Source: Gemmatimonadaceae bacterium (GTDB taxonomy: Bacteria; Gemmatimonadota; Gemmatimonadetes; Gemmatimonadales; Gemmatimonadaceae). From it: DNA of 50,254 bases. The notes beneath the pieces are model-generated. The model saw only the letters and a list, made by a program, of their open reading frames with translations, did no database searches and was not told the DNA's origin. Position numbers and translations under genes: made by a program. The stretch covers positions 1 to 50,254 of the forward strand of contig JBEIVF010000001.1 of assembly GCA_040374005.1 (NCBI GenBank). Reading direction: 5' to 3'. Each line of letters starts with the position of its first letter. The stretch's first letter is position 1. Positions 9,723-19,376 of this stretch are shown piece by piece.

Positions 9723-11164
9723 CGACCGGCGTCGCGCCGGCGCTTGCGCTCGGGGCGATCGACAAACGCTTCGGCGCCACGGTGGCGCTCACGAATGCCT
9801 CGCTGGTCGTCGCCCCCGGCACCGTACACGCGGTGCTCGGCGAGAACGGCGCGGGCAAGACGACCCTCCTGCGCATCGCCTTCGGACTCCTCAGCCCCGA
9901 CGCGGGTGCGGTGCACGTGGCGGGCGCCCGCGTGACGCTGCGCTCACCACACGACGCCATCGGCGCCGGGATCGGGATGGTGCAACAGCACTACTCACTC
10001 GTGCCCGCGATGACCGTCGCGGAGAACGTGGCGCTCGGTCGCCGCGGCGGCGTGGATCGGACGGCGATGCACGCACAGGTGATGGCGACCGCCGCCGCAC
10101 TCGGCTTCGTGGTCGAGCCCGACGCCCGCGTCGAGTCGCTCTCCGTGAGCGCGCAGCAACGCGTCGAGATCATCAAGGCCGTGGCGCACGGCGCGCGGCT
10201 GTTGATCCTCGATGAACCGACGGCCGTGCTGGCGCCATCGGAAGCCGACGCCTTGCTCGAGCGCCTGCGGGCGTTCGCCGCGCGAGGTGGCGCGGTGGTG
10301 TTGATCACGCATCATCTGCGCGAAGCGCTGCGCTCTGCCGACGACGTGACCGTACTCAGGCGCGGGCACACGGTGTTGGCCGCGCCCGCCGCGACACTCA
10401 CCGAAGACGCGCTCGTGGCCGCCATGATCGGCGACCGCTTGCCGCGCACGGCCGCGGACCCGACGCCCGCGGCGCCGGGTGCGCCGGTGCTGCGCGTGCA
10501 ACAGGTGACGGTGCATGATGCGCGCGGTGTGCCGCGACTCCGCGATGTCTCGCTCACCGTGCACGCCGGCGAGATCGTCGGCATCGCCGGCGTGGAAGGG
10601 AGTGGCACGCGCGAGCTGGTGCGGGTGCTCGCCGGTCGTGTGGCGCCGGAGGCGGGCACCGTCACGCTCCCTGCGGCCGTGGGCTTCGTGCCCGAGGACC
10701 GCCATCGCGATGCGCTGATGCTCACGGCCTCCCTCGCCGAGAACTTCGCGTTGGCCGAGAGCGGCGCGGCGCGCGGTGCGATGCCGTGGCGCACGATGAC
10801 CGCGACGACGGCAACGCTGATCGAGCGCTTCGACGTGCGGGGCGCGACCCCGAGCACCCCAGCGGCCGCGCTCTCGGGTGGCAATCAACAGAAGTTCGTC
10901 GTCGGCCGCGCGGTCGTGACCGCACCGGACGCGTTGGTGGTGGAGAGTCCGTCGCGCGGTCTGGATGTGCGCGCGACGCAGGACATCCATGCCACGTTGC
11001 GCACCCGGCGCGCGGCGGGTGCGGCGGTGGTCGTGACGTCCCCCGACCTCGACGAACTGCTCGCGCTCGCCGACCGCATCATCGTGTGCTACGAGGGCAC
11101 CCTGCGTGAGGTCGCGCGCGATCTCGCGCTGATCGGCCGCACGATGGTCGGAGCGCACGACTGA
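9719..11164 (+). CDS. ABC transporter ATP-binding protein with duplicated ATPase domains
   Basis: Two ABC modules are present (Walker A GENGAGKTTLL, signature LSVSAQQRVEI; second module GVEGSGTRELV, LSGGNQQKF). I chose the GTG at 9719 because of its GTGA overlap with the Nif3 stop; the GTG at 9689 is an alternative. Confidence 0.85.
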   Translation: MTTGVAPALALGAIDKRFGATVALTNASLVVAPGTVHAVLGENGAGKTTLLRIAFGLLSPDAGAVHVAGARVTLRSPHDAIGAGIGMVQQHYSLVPAMTVAENVALGRRGGVDRTAMHAQVMATAAALGFVVEPDARVESLSVSAQQRVEIIKAVAHGARLLILDEPTAVLAPSEADALLERLRAFAARGGAVVLITHHLREALRSADDVTVLRRGHTVLAAPAATLTEDALVAAMIGDRLPRTAADPTPAAPGAPVLRVQQVTVHDARGVPRLRDVSLTVHAGEIVGIAGVEGSGTRELVRVLAGRVAPEAGTVTLPAAVGFVPEDRHRDALMLTASLAENFALAESGAARGAMPWRTMTATTATLIERFDVRGATPSTPAAALSGGNQQKFVVGRAVVTAPDALVVESPSRGLDVRATQDIHATLRTRRAAGAAVVVTSPDLDELLALADRIIVCYEGTLREVARDLALIGRTMVGAHD

Positions 11165-12180
11165 TGCGATGGCGCTCGCCGTGGGTGACAGCCGGCCTCG
11201 TGCTCGTGGGCGCCGGGCTCGTGCTACTCGTGGTCCTCGTGGTCACGGGGCACGCGCCGGTGCCGGCGCTGGCGGCCCTCGGGCGTGGCGCGGTGGGCAG
11301 TTGGTACACGTTCACGTCGACGACACTGGTGCGCGCCACGCCGCTCATCCTCAGCGGCCTCGCCGTGGCGATCGCGTTCCGCGCGGGGGTGTTGAACATC
11401 GGCGCCGAAGGGCAACTGCTGATGGGCGCGGCGGCCGCGACCGCGGTGGCGTTGACCGTTCCGAGTGGCGGCGTGGTGCTCGCGCTCTTCGCCGGACTGG
11501 TGGGCGGACTGCTGTGGACGATCATCCCGGTGGTGCTCACGCAGCGGTTCGGCGTGCTGGAGGTGATCAGCACGTTGCTGATGAACGCCGTGGCGCTGTA
11601 CGTGGTGGGGTGGCTGGTGCGCGGACCGTTGCAGGAGCCGACGGGGATCTACCCGCAATCGGGTGTGCTCAGCGAGGCCACGCGGCTCCCGCTGCTGTGG
11701 AATGGCACGCGACTCCATGCGGGCTTCCTGCTCGCGCTGGTGTGTGCGGGAGCGCTGTGGTGGTTCGGGGCGCGGACCGCCGCGGGCTTCCGTCTGCGGG
11801 CCGTGGGCCTCAATGCGCACGCGGCCGCGAGTGCGGGGCGCATCGACGTAGCACGGACGTCGCAGCGCGCGTTCTTAGTGAGTGGCGTGTTGGCGGGCCT
11901 CGCGGGCGCGGTCGAGGTCCAAGGGGTCACCTACGGGCTCTACGAGAATCTCTCGCCGGGCTATGGCTACACGGCGATCGCGGTGGCGTTGCTCGGACGA
12001 CTCGACGCGCGCGCGGTGGTCGCCGCCGCCATCCTGTTCGCAGCGCTCCAAGCGGGCGGTAGTGCGATGCAGCGCGACGCTGGTGTGCCGGCCGTGACGG
12101 TGAAGGTCGTGGAGGCCGTGCTCATCCTCGGTGTCATCAGTGCCACGGCGTGGCAGCGCCGCCAGGAGTCGCGCGCATGA
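11164..12180 (+). CDS. ABC transporter permease (BMP-type importer)
   Basis: 338 aa polytopic protein. The start overlaps the preceding stop by 1 nt (TGATG). Confidence 0.85.
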   Translation: MRWRSPWVTAGLVLVGAGLVLLVVLVVTGHAPVPALAALGRGAVGSWYTFTSTTLVRATPLILSGLAVAIAFRAGVLNIGAEGQLLMGAAAATAVALTVPSGGVVLALFAGLVGGLLWTIIPVVLTQRFGVLEVISTLLMNAVALYVVGWLVRGPLQEPTGIYPQSGVLSEATRLPLLWNGTRLHAGFLLALVCAGALWWFGARTAAGFRLRAVGLNAHAAASAGRIDVARTSQRAFLVSGVLAGLAGAVEVQGVTYGLYENLSPGYGYTAIAVALLGRLDARAVVAAAILFAALQAGGSAMQRDAGVPAVTVKVVEAVLILGVISATAWQRRQESRA

Positions 12181-13097
12181 TGGACGCGCTCGGACTGTTC
12201 GCCGAAGCCACGGTGCGCACCGCCACGCCGCTGGCGCTCGCGGCACTGGGTGAGGTGGTGGCCGAACGCGCCGGCGTGATCAACCTCGGCGTCGAAGGGG
12301 CGATCATCGGTGGCGCGTTCGCGGGCCTCGTCGTGGGTGGCGCGGCGGGGCCGGAGCTCGGGCTCGCGGGTGGCATGCTCGGTGGTCTCCTCGTCGCGCT
12401 CTTGTTCGCGGTGGTGGCGATCATCGGACGGGCCGATCAGATCATCGCGGGCACGGCGATCAGCATGTTCGGCTTGGGCATCACGGGCGTGTTGTACCGC
12501 GCGTGGTACGGCACCAGCGGCGCGGCGCTCACCACGCCAACGCTGTCGGCGCTGGAGATCCCGGGACTCGCGCACATTCCCGTCGTGGGACGCGCGCTGT
12601 TCGCGCAGCCGTTGCCCACGTATCTGCTCACGGTGCTGGCCGCAGCGACATGGTGGTGGTTGATGCGCACTCACCGTGGGCTCGCGCTCCGCGCGTGTGG
12701 TGAGTCACCTGCCGCGGCGCGGGCGGCCGGTATCCCCGTGCTGCGCGTGCAGGTCGGCGCGGTGCTCTTCGCGGGCGCGCTCGCCGGACTCGGTGGCGCG
12801 ACCCTGGTGCTCGCGCAAGCTGGCACGTTCGCCGAAGGCATGTCGGCGGGCCGCGGATTCGTGGCCATCGCCATCGTCGTCCTAGGACGGTGGCATCCGC
12901 TCGGGGCGGTCGGCGCGGCGGTGGTGTTCGGCGCGGCGAGTGCGCTGCAGACGCTGTTCCAGGCGTTGGGCTCCACGCTGCCCTACCAGCTCTTCCTCGC
13001 GCTGCCGTATCTGCTCACGTTGGCCGCGCTGGCGGGTGTGGCCGGGCGGACGCGCGCCCCAGCGGCCCTCGGCGTGCCATTGCCCGACGACGACTGA
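12177..13097 (+). CDS. ABC transporter permease (second subunit)
   Basis: The ATG at 12177 (MMDALGLF) forms an ATGA overlap with the previous permease gene. The protein is polytopic. Confidence 0.85.
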   Translation: MMDALGLFAEATVRTATPLALAALGEVVAERAGVINLGVEGAIIGGAFAGLVVGGAAGPELGLAGGMLGGLLVALLFAVVAIIGRADQIIAGTAISMFGLGITGVLYRAWYGTSGAALTTPTLSALEIPGLAHIPVVGRALFAQPLPTYLLTVLAAATWWWLMRTHRGLALRACGESPAAARAAGIPVLRVQVGAVLFAGALAGLGGATLVLAQAGTFAEGMSAGRGFVAIAIVVLGRWHPLGAVGAAVVFGAASALQTLFQALGSTLPYQLFLALPYLLTLAALAGVAGRTRAPAALGVPLPDDD

Positions 13098-13994
13098 TCA
13101 GCAGCCCGTGCGCGGACCGCGCCACCGTGGTGCCCACCCCGTCGCATCACGCTCGATCAACAGCAGCATCGCGCCGCGCGCATCGGCCCGCTCGATCAAG
13201 AGGCCGGGCCGCCCCGTGGCGGTGAATCGCACCAGCGCGAGGATCTCATCGATGTCCACTTGCGATTCGCTCGCGGCGCGGCGGTCGCTGAAGCGCACGC
13301 TGAGTGCGCCCGTGGCACCCGCGCGCTCGGCGATGAGCGTGAGTTGCTCACTGCGTGGATCATCCTCCACGGCCAACGTCCGCGCCACCAACGCGATCAC
13401 GATGGTGGTCGTGGAATCGAGCGGCGCTGTCCACGCGCCGCGGATCGCGAAGGGGAGTCCGCGGAAGTCCTCGACCGTGTCCGCCACGGCGCGCGAGGCG
13501 AGTGACGCGATGTCGATCGCGAACCGCGAAGAATCGCGCGGCGTCAGCCCCTCGATCGAGTCCAGGGGGATGGCCATCGCGGCGCCACGCGTGAGCGCGA
13601 CGCGCCAGAACGCGTCCGTCGCCAGCGGCGACTGCGGCCACGCGGGGCACTCGCTCGTCGACGGGCGCAGGCTGCTCAGCACGCCGACACCAGCGCCCCC
13701 GGCGCGCGCGAACAGGTCAAGATCGAGTCCCTCGGTGGGACCGAGCACCGCATCAGCCGTACCGACCGACGGCGCGAGCGGCGGGATCAATGCCGCCCCC
13801 TCTCCGGTGGGCGCCGGCACGGCAACGAGGATGCCGTACTCGGCCGGCCACGTGGGGGCGAGCGGTGCCTCGGGAGCGGGCCGCGCGGGTGCCGCGGGTA
13901 CTGGCAACGCCGCGGGGTCCATCGTCGGCTGATCGCGACCACACGCCGCGACGATGAGCGAGCACAGGATGGTGACGACGAGGCGGCTTCTCAC
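13098..13994 (-). CDS. hypothetical lipoprotein
   Basis: 298 aa. The GTG start gives a signal peptide with lipobox (RSRLVVTILCSLIVAACG) followed by a Pro/Ala-rich linker. The stop codon abuts the convergent permease stop (TGATCA). Confidence 0.6.
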   Translation of the reverse strand: MRSRLVVTILCSLIVAACGRDQPTMDPAALPVPAAPARPAPEAPLAPTWPAEYGILVAVPAPTGEGAALIPPLAPSVGTADAVLGPTEGLDLDLFARAGGAGVGVLSSLRPSTSECPAWPQSPLATDAFWRVALTRGAAMAIPLDSIEGLTPRDSSRFAIDIASLASRAVADTVEDFRGLPFAIRGAWTAPLDSTTTIVIALVARTLAVEDDPRSEQLTLIAERAGATGALSVRFSDRRAASESQVDIDEILALVRFTATGRPGLLIERADARGAMLLLIERDATGWAPRWRGPRTGC

Positions 13995-14072
13995 CTGGTG
14001 GAAGATAGGGTCCGCCGAGGGCCCAGCGCCACGCCAGCACTCCGCAAGGCTTCCTCTTCCAGTGGGCTCCCC

Positions 14073-16919
14073 TCACTTGGCTTCGAGCCAGTTGGGGCCG
14101 ACTCCGATATCCACCACGAGCGGCACCGACAAGGTGGCGGCCCCCTCCATGGCCCGCTGCACGAGCGGTCGAAGAGCGTCGAGCTCCTCGGGCGGGGCCT
14201 CGAAGACCAACTCGTCGTGCACCTGGAGCAGCAACGTGCTGGTCATGCCGGACGCAGCGAGCGCGGCGGACACATCGAGCATGGCCTGCTTGATGAGATC
14301 GGCCGCCGACCCTTGGATGGGGGAGTTCTGCGCGATCCGCTCGCCGAAGGCCCGCACATTGAAGTTGCGGTCCTTGATCTCTGGGATGGCGCGGCGCCGT
14401 CCGATCAACGTCTCGGCGTAGCCCTTCTCCTTGGCGAAGCGCACACAGTCGTCGAGGTACCGCCGCACGCCCGCGAACCGCTCGAAGTAGGTGTTGATGA
14501 ACTGCTTGGCCTCGTCCTGCGCGATCTTCAACTGCTTGGCGAGTGAGAAGGGGCCCTGCCCGTAGATGGTCGCGAAGTTGATGGTCTTGGCGCGCGCCCG
14601 CATCTCGCTCGTGACAGCATCGAGCTCCACGCCGAAGATGACCGCCGCGGTCTGACGATGGATGTCCCCGCCAGCGCGGAACGCGGTCACGAACGCGGGG
14701 TCCTGCGAGAGGTGGGCGAGCAACCGCAGCTCGATCTGCGAGTAGTCGGCCGCCAAGAATTGCCATCCCTCGCGCGGGACGAAGCCCCGCCGGATATCGC
14801 GCCCCACCGCCGTGCGGATGGGGATGTTCTGCAAGTTCGGATCACTCGAGCTCAAGCGCCCCGTCGCGGCGACCGTTTGTTGGTACGACGTGTGCAGGCG
14901 CCCGGTGCGCGGATTCACCAAGGCGGGCAGCGCATCCAGGTACGTGCTCTCCAGCTTGGCGAGTTCGCGGTACTCCATCAACAACACCGGTAGCGTGTGT
15001 CCTTCGTCAGCGAGCTCTTGCAACACGGACGCGTCGGTGCTGGGGCCTGTCGCGGTCTTCTTCTTGATCGGGAGCCCGAGCTTACCGAACAGGATCTCGC
15101 GCAGCTGCGGATTGGAGTTGATGTTGAACTCTTCGCCGGCCTCGTCCCAGATGCGCCGTTCGACGAGCGTCCGCTCCGCCGAGAAGCGCGTCTTGAGCGA
15201 CGCGAACCACGACAGGTTGATGGTGACCCCCACCCACTCCATCTCGGCGAGCACATCGACCAGCGGCAGCTCGAGCGCGGTGAGCAGATGCGTGAGTCCC
15301 TGTGCCTCGAGCTGCGGCGCGAAGTGCTCCCACAGCCGCCACGTGTAGTCGGCATCTTCGCACGAGTAGTCGCGCGCCCGCTCGATCGCGACCTCGCCGA
15401 AGGGGATCTGTTGCTTGCCCTTCCCCGTCACGGCGTCGTACGGGATCATCGTGTGATGTAGCAGCTCGAACGCGAGCGCATCGAGCCCATGCGACCGACG
15501 TCCGGGCTCGAGGAGGTAGCTGCCGAGCATCGTGTCGAACGCGAGGCCGCGCACGCGGACGCCCGCGCGGCGCAGCACGAGGATGTCGTACTTGGCGTTC
15601 TGCGCGATCTTCGCGACGGCGGGATCCTCGAGCAACGCCACGAGCGGCGCCATCGTCGCATCGGTGAGCGGCGGCAGGTTGCGCACCACCGGTGTGTCCG
15701 CGGCGACGCTGATGTCGCCGAAATCGAGCATGCTCTGGCCGCCCGGGGTCCGATGCGCGAGTGGCAGGTAGTACGCCTCGCCTGGCGCCAACGCGATCGC
15801 GATCGACACGAGGTTCGCGCGGAGCGCGGCGACGACGGGCGGCGCCCCGGGCTCGAGTTCGGTCTCGGTGTCGAACGCGATGCGGCCGGTGGCGCGCGCC
15901 TTGGCGACGAGCGCGTGCAGCGCGTCGAGGGTGTCGACGGTCGTGTATGTGGTGGGGATCGCCGCGGCGGCGGGCTGTGCGACGGCGGCGGCGGCGGCAG
16001 CATCCGCGTCGGCCTCCCCGAGCGACCGCGCGAGCGTGTTGAACTCGAGCTCGACGTACAGCGCACGCAACGTGGCCACATCGGGTGGTTCGACGATGAG
16101 CGCCGCGAGATCGAGATCGATCCGGAGGTCGTACTGCGCAGAGACCAACGCCTTGGAGAGCTTCGCGCTCTCGATGCCCGCGGCGATCGCCTTCTGCGCG
16201 CGCGGCGGTGTGAGCTCATCGACATGCGCGAGGATGGCGTCGAGTGAGCCCCACTTCGTGAGGAGCTCGACCGCGCCCTTCTCGCCGATGCCTTTCACGC
16301 CCGGCACATTGTCGGACGTGTCGCCGACGAGCGCGAGGAAATCCACGACTTGCTCCGGCGGCACGCCCAAGCGTTCGGCGGCATTGCTGAGGTCGTACCA
16401 CTTCTCGGTGGTCGCGCCGGGACGGCCGTGGTACGGGTTCAAGATGCGGATCCCGGGCCGCACCAGTTGGAGCAGATCCTTGTCGGGAGAGACCACGACG
16501 ACCTCGACCCCCGCGGCCACGCCCTTCAGCGCGAGGGTGGCGATCACATCGTCCGCTTCATAGCCCGCGAGTTCGAGGAGCGGAATGCGCTGCGCGGCGA
16601 GCAAGGTCTCCACGCGCTCGACCCCCCGGTCGAAGTCCGCTTGCGCTTCCGGCTCGAGCGAGACGCGTGTGGCCTTGTACTCGCTGTACATCACCTCGCG
16701 GTCCGACAGGCCCGCGTCGTGCACCCAGCCGAGGTACTCGGGGTGATGCGTCTTGCGGAGCCGCTCGAGGAAGTTGGCGATGCCCCAGGGGATCGCGGTG
16801 TTCTCGCCGCGGCTGGTCGCGAGCGGCCGCCCGCCGCCGGTGGCATGGAATGCGCGGTAGATCAGCGCGTAGCCGTCGACCAGGAAGAGGCGGGGAGTCG
16901 GAGTGGTGGTCACGCTCAC
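14073..16919 (-). CDS. polA: DNA polymerase I
   Basis: 948 aa. It contains a 5-prime nuclease domain (LFLVDGYALIYRAFHA), a 3-5 exonuclease-like region and a family A polymerase domain (LLAADYSQIELRLLAH, QVHDELVFE). Confidence 0.95.
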   Translation of the reverse strand: MSVTTTPTPRLFLVDGYALIYRAFHATGGGRPLATSRGENTAIPWGIANFLERLRKTHHPEYLGWVHDAGLSDREVMYSEYKATRVSLEPEAQADFDRGVERVETLLAAQRIPLLELAGYEADDVIATLALKGVAAGVEVVVVSPDKDLLQLVRPGIRILNPYHGRPGATTEKWYDLSNAAERLGVPPEQVVDFLALVGDTSDNVPGVKGIGEKGAVELLTKWGSLDAILAHVDELTPPRAQKAIAAGIESAKLSKALVSAQYDLRIDLDLAALIVEPPDVATLRALYVELEFNTLARSLGEADADAAAAAAVAQPAAAAIPTTYTTVDTLDALHALVAKARATGRIAFDTETELEPGAPPVVAALRANLVSIAIALAPGEAYYLPLAHRTPGGQSMLDFGDISVAADTPVVRNLPPLTDATMAPLVALLEDPAVAKIAQNAKYDILVLRRAGVRVRGLAFDTMLGSYLLEPGRRSHGLDALAFELLHHTMIPYDAVTGKGKQQIPFGEVAIERARDYSCEDADYTWRLWEHFAPQLEAQGLTHLLTALELPLVDVLAEMEWVGVTINLSWFASLKTRFSAERTLVERRIWDEAGEEFNINSNPQLREILFGKLGLPIKKKTATGPSTDASVLQELADEGHTLPVLLMEYRELAKLESTYLDALPALVNPRTGRLHTSYQQTVAATGRLSSSDPNLQNIPIRTAVGRDIRRGFVPREGWQFLAADYSQIELRLLAHLSQDPAFVTAFRAGGDIHRQTAAVIFGVELDAVTSEMRARAKTINFATIYGQGPFSLAKQLKIAQDEAKQFINTYFERFAGVRRYLDDCVRFAKEKGYAETLIGRRRAIPEIKDRNFNVRAFGERIAQNSPIQGSAADLIKQAMLDVSAALAASGMTSTLLLQVHDELVFEAPPEELDALRPLVQRAMEGAATLSVPLVVDIGVGPNWLEAK

Positions 16920-16960
16920 AACTTGGAGCGGGACGCCTCTGGAATCCAGCCGTCAGCGAG

Positions 16961-16980
16961 GCGGCGCCGCATGGCGCCGC
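16961..16980 (-). terminator. short GC hairpin just after the GWxTD gene stop
   Basis: gcggcgcc-gcat-ggcgccgc forms an 8-bp perfect stem. There is no U tract, so the call is weak. Confidence 0.3.
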
Positions 16981-16983
16981 GGA

Positions 16984-18387
16984 TCACTGTCCGGCGCGTC
17001 GGCGCGCGGCCGCCGCTTGGACCTCGGCCTCACCACCGGGCGACAACCGCCAGCGATCGAATCCCATGGTGTTGGTGAAGACGACCGTGAGGCGATACTC
17101 CGCGTACTCCCACACCTGCACGCGGCCCCGTTGGGTGGTGGCGTCGTTGGGATAGCGATCGAGGATCTGATCGGGTTCACCGAGGAGCAGGAAGACCCGC
17201 CCGCGATCCGTTTGCCAGCCGAGCGTCGCGTCCTCGCGGAAGCGCGCGTTGGCCTGGCGCAGTCGATCGAAGTACTCGCGCAGCCCCTCATGATCGCGGG
17301 TGCTGGGGTCGGGGTCGGTCTCGGTGAGGAACGCGTTCCACGCCGCCCCACGCGCGTCAGGATCGACGGCGCGCAGCGCGCGCAGACGCGCGGGCGTGCT
17401 GTAGAACTGCAGGTAGTTGAGCATGTCCTCCCACGTGGTGACGGGGAGGTCGTCGCCGAACGCGACGAAGATGGGCGTGCGCGAGAGCTCCGAGCGCCCG
17501 TCGACGCTCACCACGGCTTCGGCGACCCCGAGGCCGATGCTGGCCACGGGGACGTACGCCACGCCCTGCCGTAGCGAGGCCGTGCGCTCCGTGGGCACGA
17601 TGGCCTGCCACACGACGCGCCCTTCGACGCGTACGGCGAGCTGCACCGGTGGAGCCTCGGGGCGGACGTCGTACGACTCGATGTAGACGGCGATGGTGGA
17701 ATCGCGACCGAACACGGCGGACGCGCGCGGCGAGAGCAGCAACCGCGGCATCGAATCGCGCGCGATGCGTGGGATGAGCTCGTAGAACGGCAGCGGGGAC
17801 GAGAGGGTCCCGGCATCGAGCCGCGGCAACGTGACGGGGAGCGTTTGGGCCGCCCGCTTGCCACTGACCTCGTCGCGCACCGCCACTTCGAGCTGGTAGT
17901 CACCCGGCGGCGCCGTGAGGATCTGCTGGAAGAGGATGGCCTCGTCCGTGCGGCTGGTCTCCCGGAACGAACCGACACGGACGACTTCGGAGGCGTCGGT
18001 CTTCTGCACCGTGGCGCCGGCCCGGCGGAGCGTGAGCGTGACCTGGTAGCTGGCGCGGTAGAGGTCGCCTTCGCGGCGGAAGGTGAGCGCGTTGGCGGCC
18101 ATCGACAGGGCCGTCAGCAGATGGGTCGAATCGGGGGTGGCGGCGGCGAGGTGTCCGACCGAGCCCGTGAAGGGTACGGCGCCACCCTGGGTCAACATGC
18201 CGACCTCGGAATACAGCGCGCCGACCTCGACCGGCGTCCGGGCGGTGTCGACGGGGGGTGGGGGGGCGGGCGGTTGCGGGAAGTCCTCACGGCCGGCGCC
18301 GCGACCGATACAGGCGGACAACACGAACAGAAGACCTATGATGGCCCTCTGGTTCAGCGTGCGAATACGGTGCGAAGAACGCGTCAC
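16984..18387 (-). CDS. GWxTD domain-containing lipoprotein
   Basis: The GTG at 18387 is preceded by GGAG 5 nt upstream and gives VTRSSHRIRTLNQRAIIGLLFVLSAC (lipobox). The C-terminus contains LGWQTDRGRVFLLLGEPDQI (GWxTD). The upstream 290 codons of the 760-aa track ORF are antisense to the kinase gene and are rejected. Confidence 0.8.
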   Translation of the reverse strand: MTRSSHRIRTLNQRAIIGLLFVLSACIGRGAGREDFPQPPAPPPPVDTARTPVEVGALYSEVGMLTQGGAVPFTGSVGHLAAATPDSTHLLTALSMAANALTFRREGDLYRASYQVTLTLRRAGATVQKTDASEVVRVGSFRETSRTDEAILFQQILTAPPGDYQLEVAVRDEVSGKRAAQTLPVTLPRLDAGTLSSPLPFYELIPRIARDSMPRLLLSPRASAVFGRDSTIAVYIESYDVRPEAPPVQLAVRVEGRVVWQAIVPTERTASLRQGVAYVPVASIGLGVAEAVVSVDGRSELSRTPIFVAFGDDLPVTTWEDMLNYLQFYSTPARLRALRAVDPDARGAAWNAFLTETDPDPSTRDHEGLREYFDRLRQANARFREDATLGWQTDRGRVFLLLGEPDQILDRYPNDATTQRGRVQVWEYAEYRLTVVFTNTMGFDRWRLSPGGEAEVQAAAARRRAGQ

Positions 18388-18459
18388 AAGGTCTCCTACC
18401 CTGGTAGTCGCCGGAAGATCGAGCTTGAATGGCGCTGTGCTGAACGTTACTATCGCGCG

Positions 18460-19362
18460 GTGTCCAGAGAATCCCTCCTCGGTACGACTGTCGCCGGCTT
18501 CACCCTCGAATCGCTTGCTGGCGAAGGGGGGACTGCAACGGTATACCGCGCCGCGCATCCCGAACACGGGCCCGTGGCGGTGAAGATCCTGCGCGAAAAG
18601 CTTCGTCAGGACAAGACCGCCGTGGCCCGATTCGTTCGCGAAGCGCAGTTCGGGACCCGCGTCGTCCATCCCAACGTGGTCAAGACCTTCGAGATCGGGG
18701 AGGCCGATGGCCTCCACTACCTCGCGATCGAATGGGCCGCGGGCGAGATCTTGGAGAAGTTCGCCAAGCGTCGCGCGCCGCTCCCTCCCGAGGAGGTGGT
18801 CCAGATCGTTCTCCAGATCGCTGACGCCGTCGGCGCGGCGCATGCCGTCGGCATCGTGCATCGCGATCTGAAGCCCGAGAACCTGATGTACGACCCGGAG
18901 ACGCACGAGGTGCGGCTCTTGGACTTCGGCATCGCGGCCAACACCGACTCCCCAGCCGATGAACGGCTCACGCGCGCCGGGTTCTTCGTGGGCACGTTGA
19001 TGTACGTGGCCCCCGAGGCCCTCAGCGGCGAGATGGTCGGCCCCGCGGCCGATCAGTACAGCCTGGCGACGATCGCCTACTTCCTGCTGGTCGGCACGTT
19101 GCCCTACACGGCCCGCAACCCGCGCGAGATGTTCACGCAGCTGCTGTCGCAGCCGCCGGTGCCACTCAACAACGCCAAGCCGAACATCAAGCTGTCGGCC
19201 GCGATCGAAACCGTCGTGATGAAGGGCCTGAGCAAGGCCCCCGGCGATCGCTACGCCGACGTGCAAAGCTTCGCGAAGGCGCTCGCGGGCGCGGTCGCAG
19301 CCACCCCGAAGGAGTCGAGCGGCGGATTCATGTCGAGAGTGAAGGGACTGTTCGGACAGTAA
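18460..19362 (+). CDS. Ser/Thr protein kinase, catalytic domain only (300 aa)
   Basis: Hanks motifs are present: GEGGTATVY, AVKIL, HRDLKPEN, DFG and YVAPE. The GTG at 18460 is the first possible start downstream of the divergent gene. Confidence 0.85.
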   Translation: MSRESLLGTTVAGFTLESLAGEGGTATVYRAAHPEHGPVAVKILREKLRQDKTAVARFVREAQFGTRVVHPNVVKTFEIGEADGLHYLAIEWAAGEILEKFAKRRAPLPPEEVVQIVLQIADAVGAAHAVGIVHRDLKPENLMYDPETHEVRLLDFGIAANTDSPADERLTRAGFFVGTLMYVAPEALSGEMVGPAADQYSLATIAYFLLVGTLPYTARNPREMFTQLLSQPPVPLNNAKPNIKLSAAIETVVMKGLSKAPGDRYADVQSFAKALAGAVAATPKESSGGFMSRVKGLFGQ

Positions 19363-19376
19363 CGAAACAGTAGAGT

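Noticed and set aside
18388-19266. The N-terminal 290 codons of the 760-aa minus-strand ORF, and the first 205 codons of the 505-aa plus-strand ORF (17845-18459).
   Set aside because: Each extension is antisense to the other, well-supported gene (Ser/Thr kinase and GWxTD protein). Convincing internal starts exist, with a signal peptide for one and a Shine-Dalgarno (GGAG) for it as well.
16984-19362. The divergent GWxTD lipoprotein and kinase-domain-only Ser/Thr kinase as a functional two-gene system.
   Set aside because: Only adjacency supports it. Both families are common singletons, and nothing in the 72-bp spacer, such as shared palindromes, links them.
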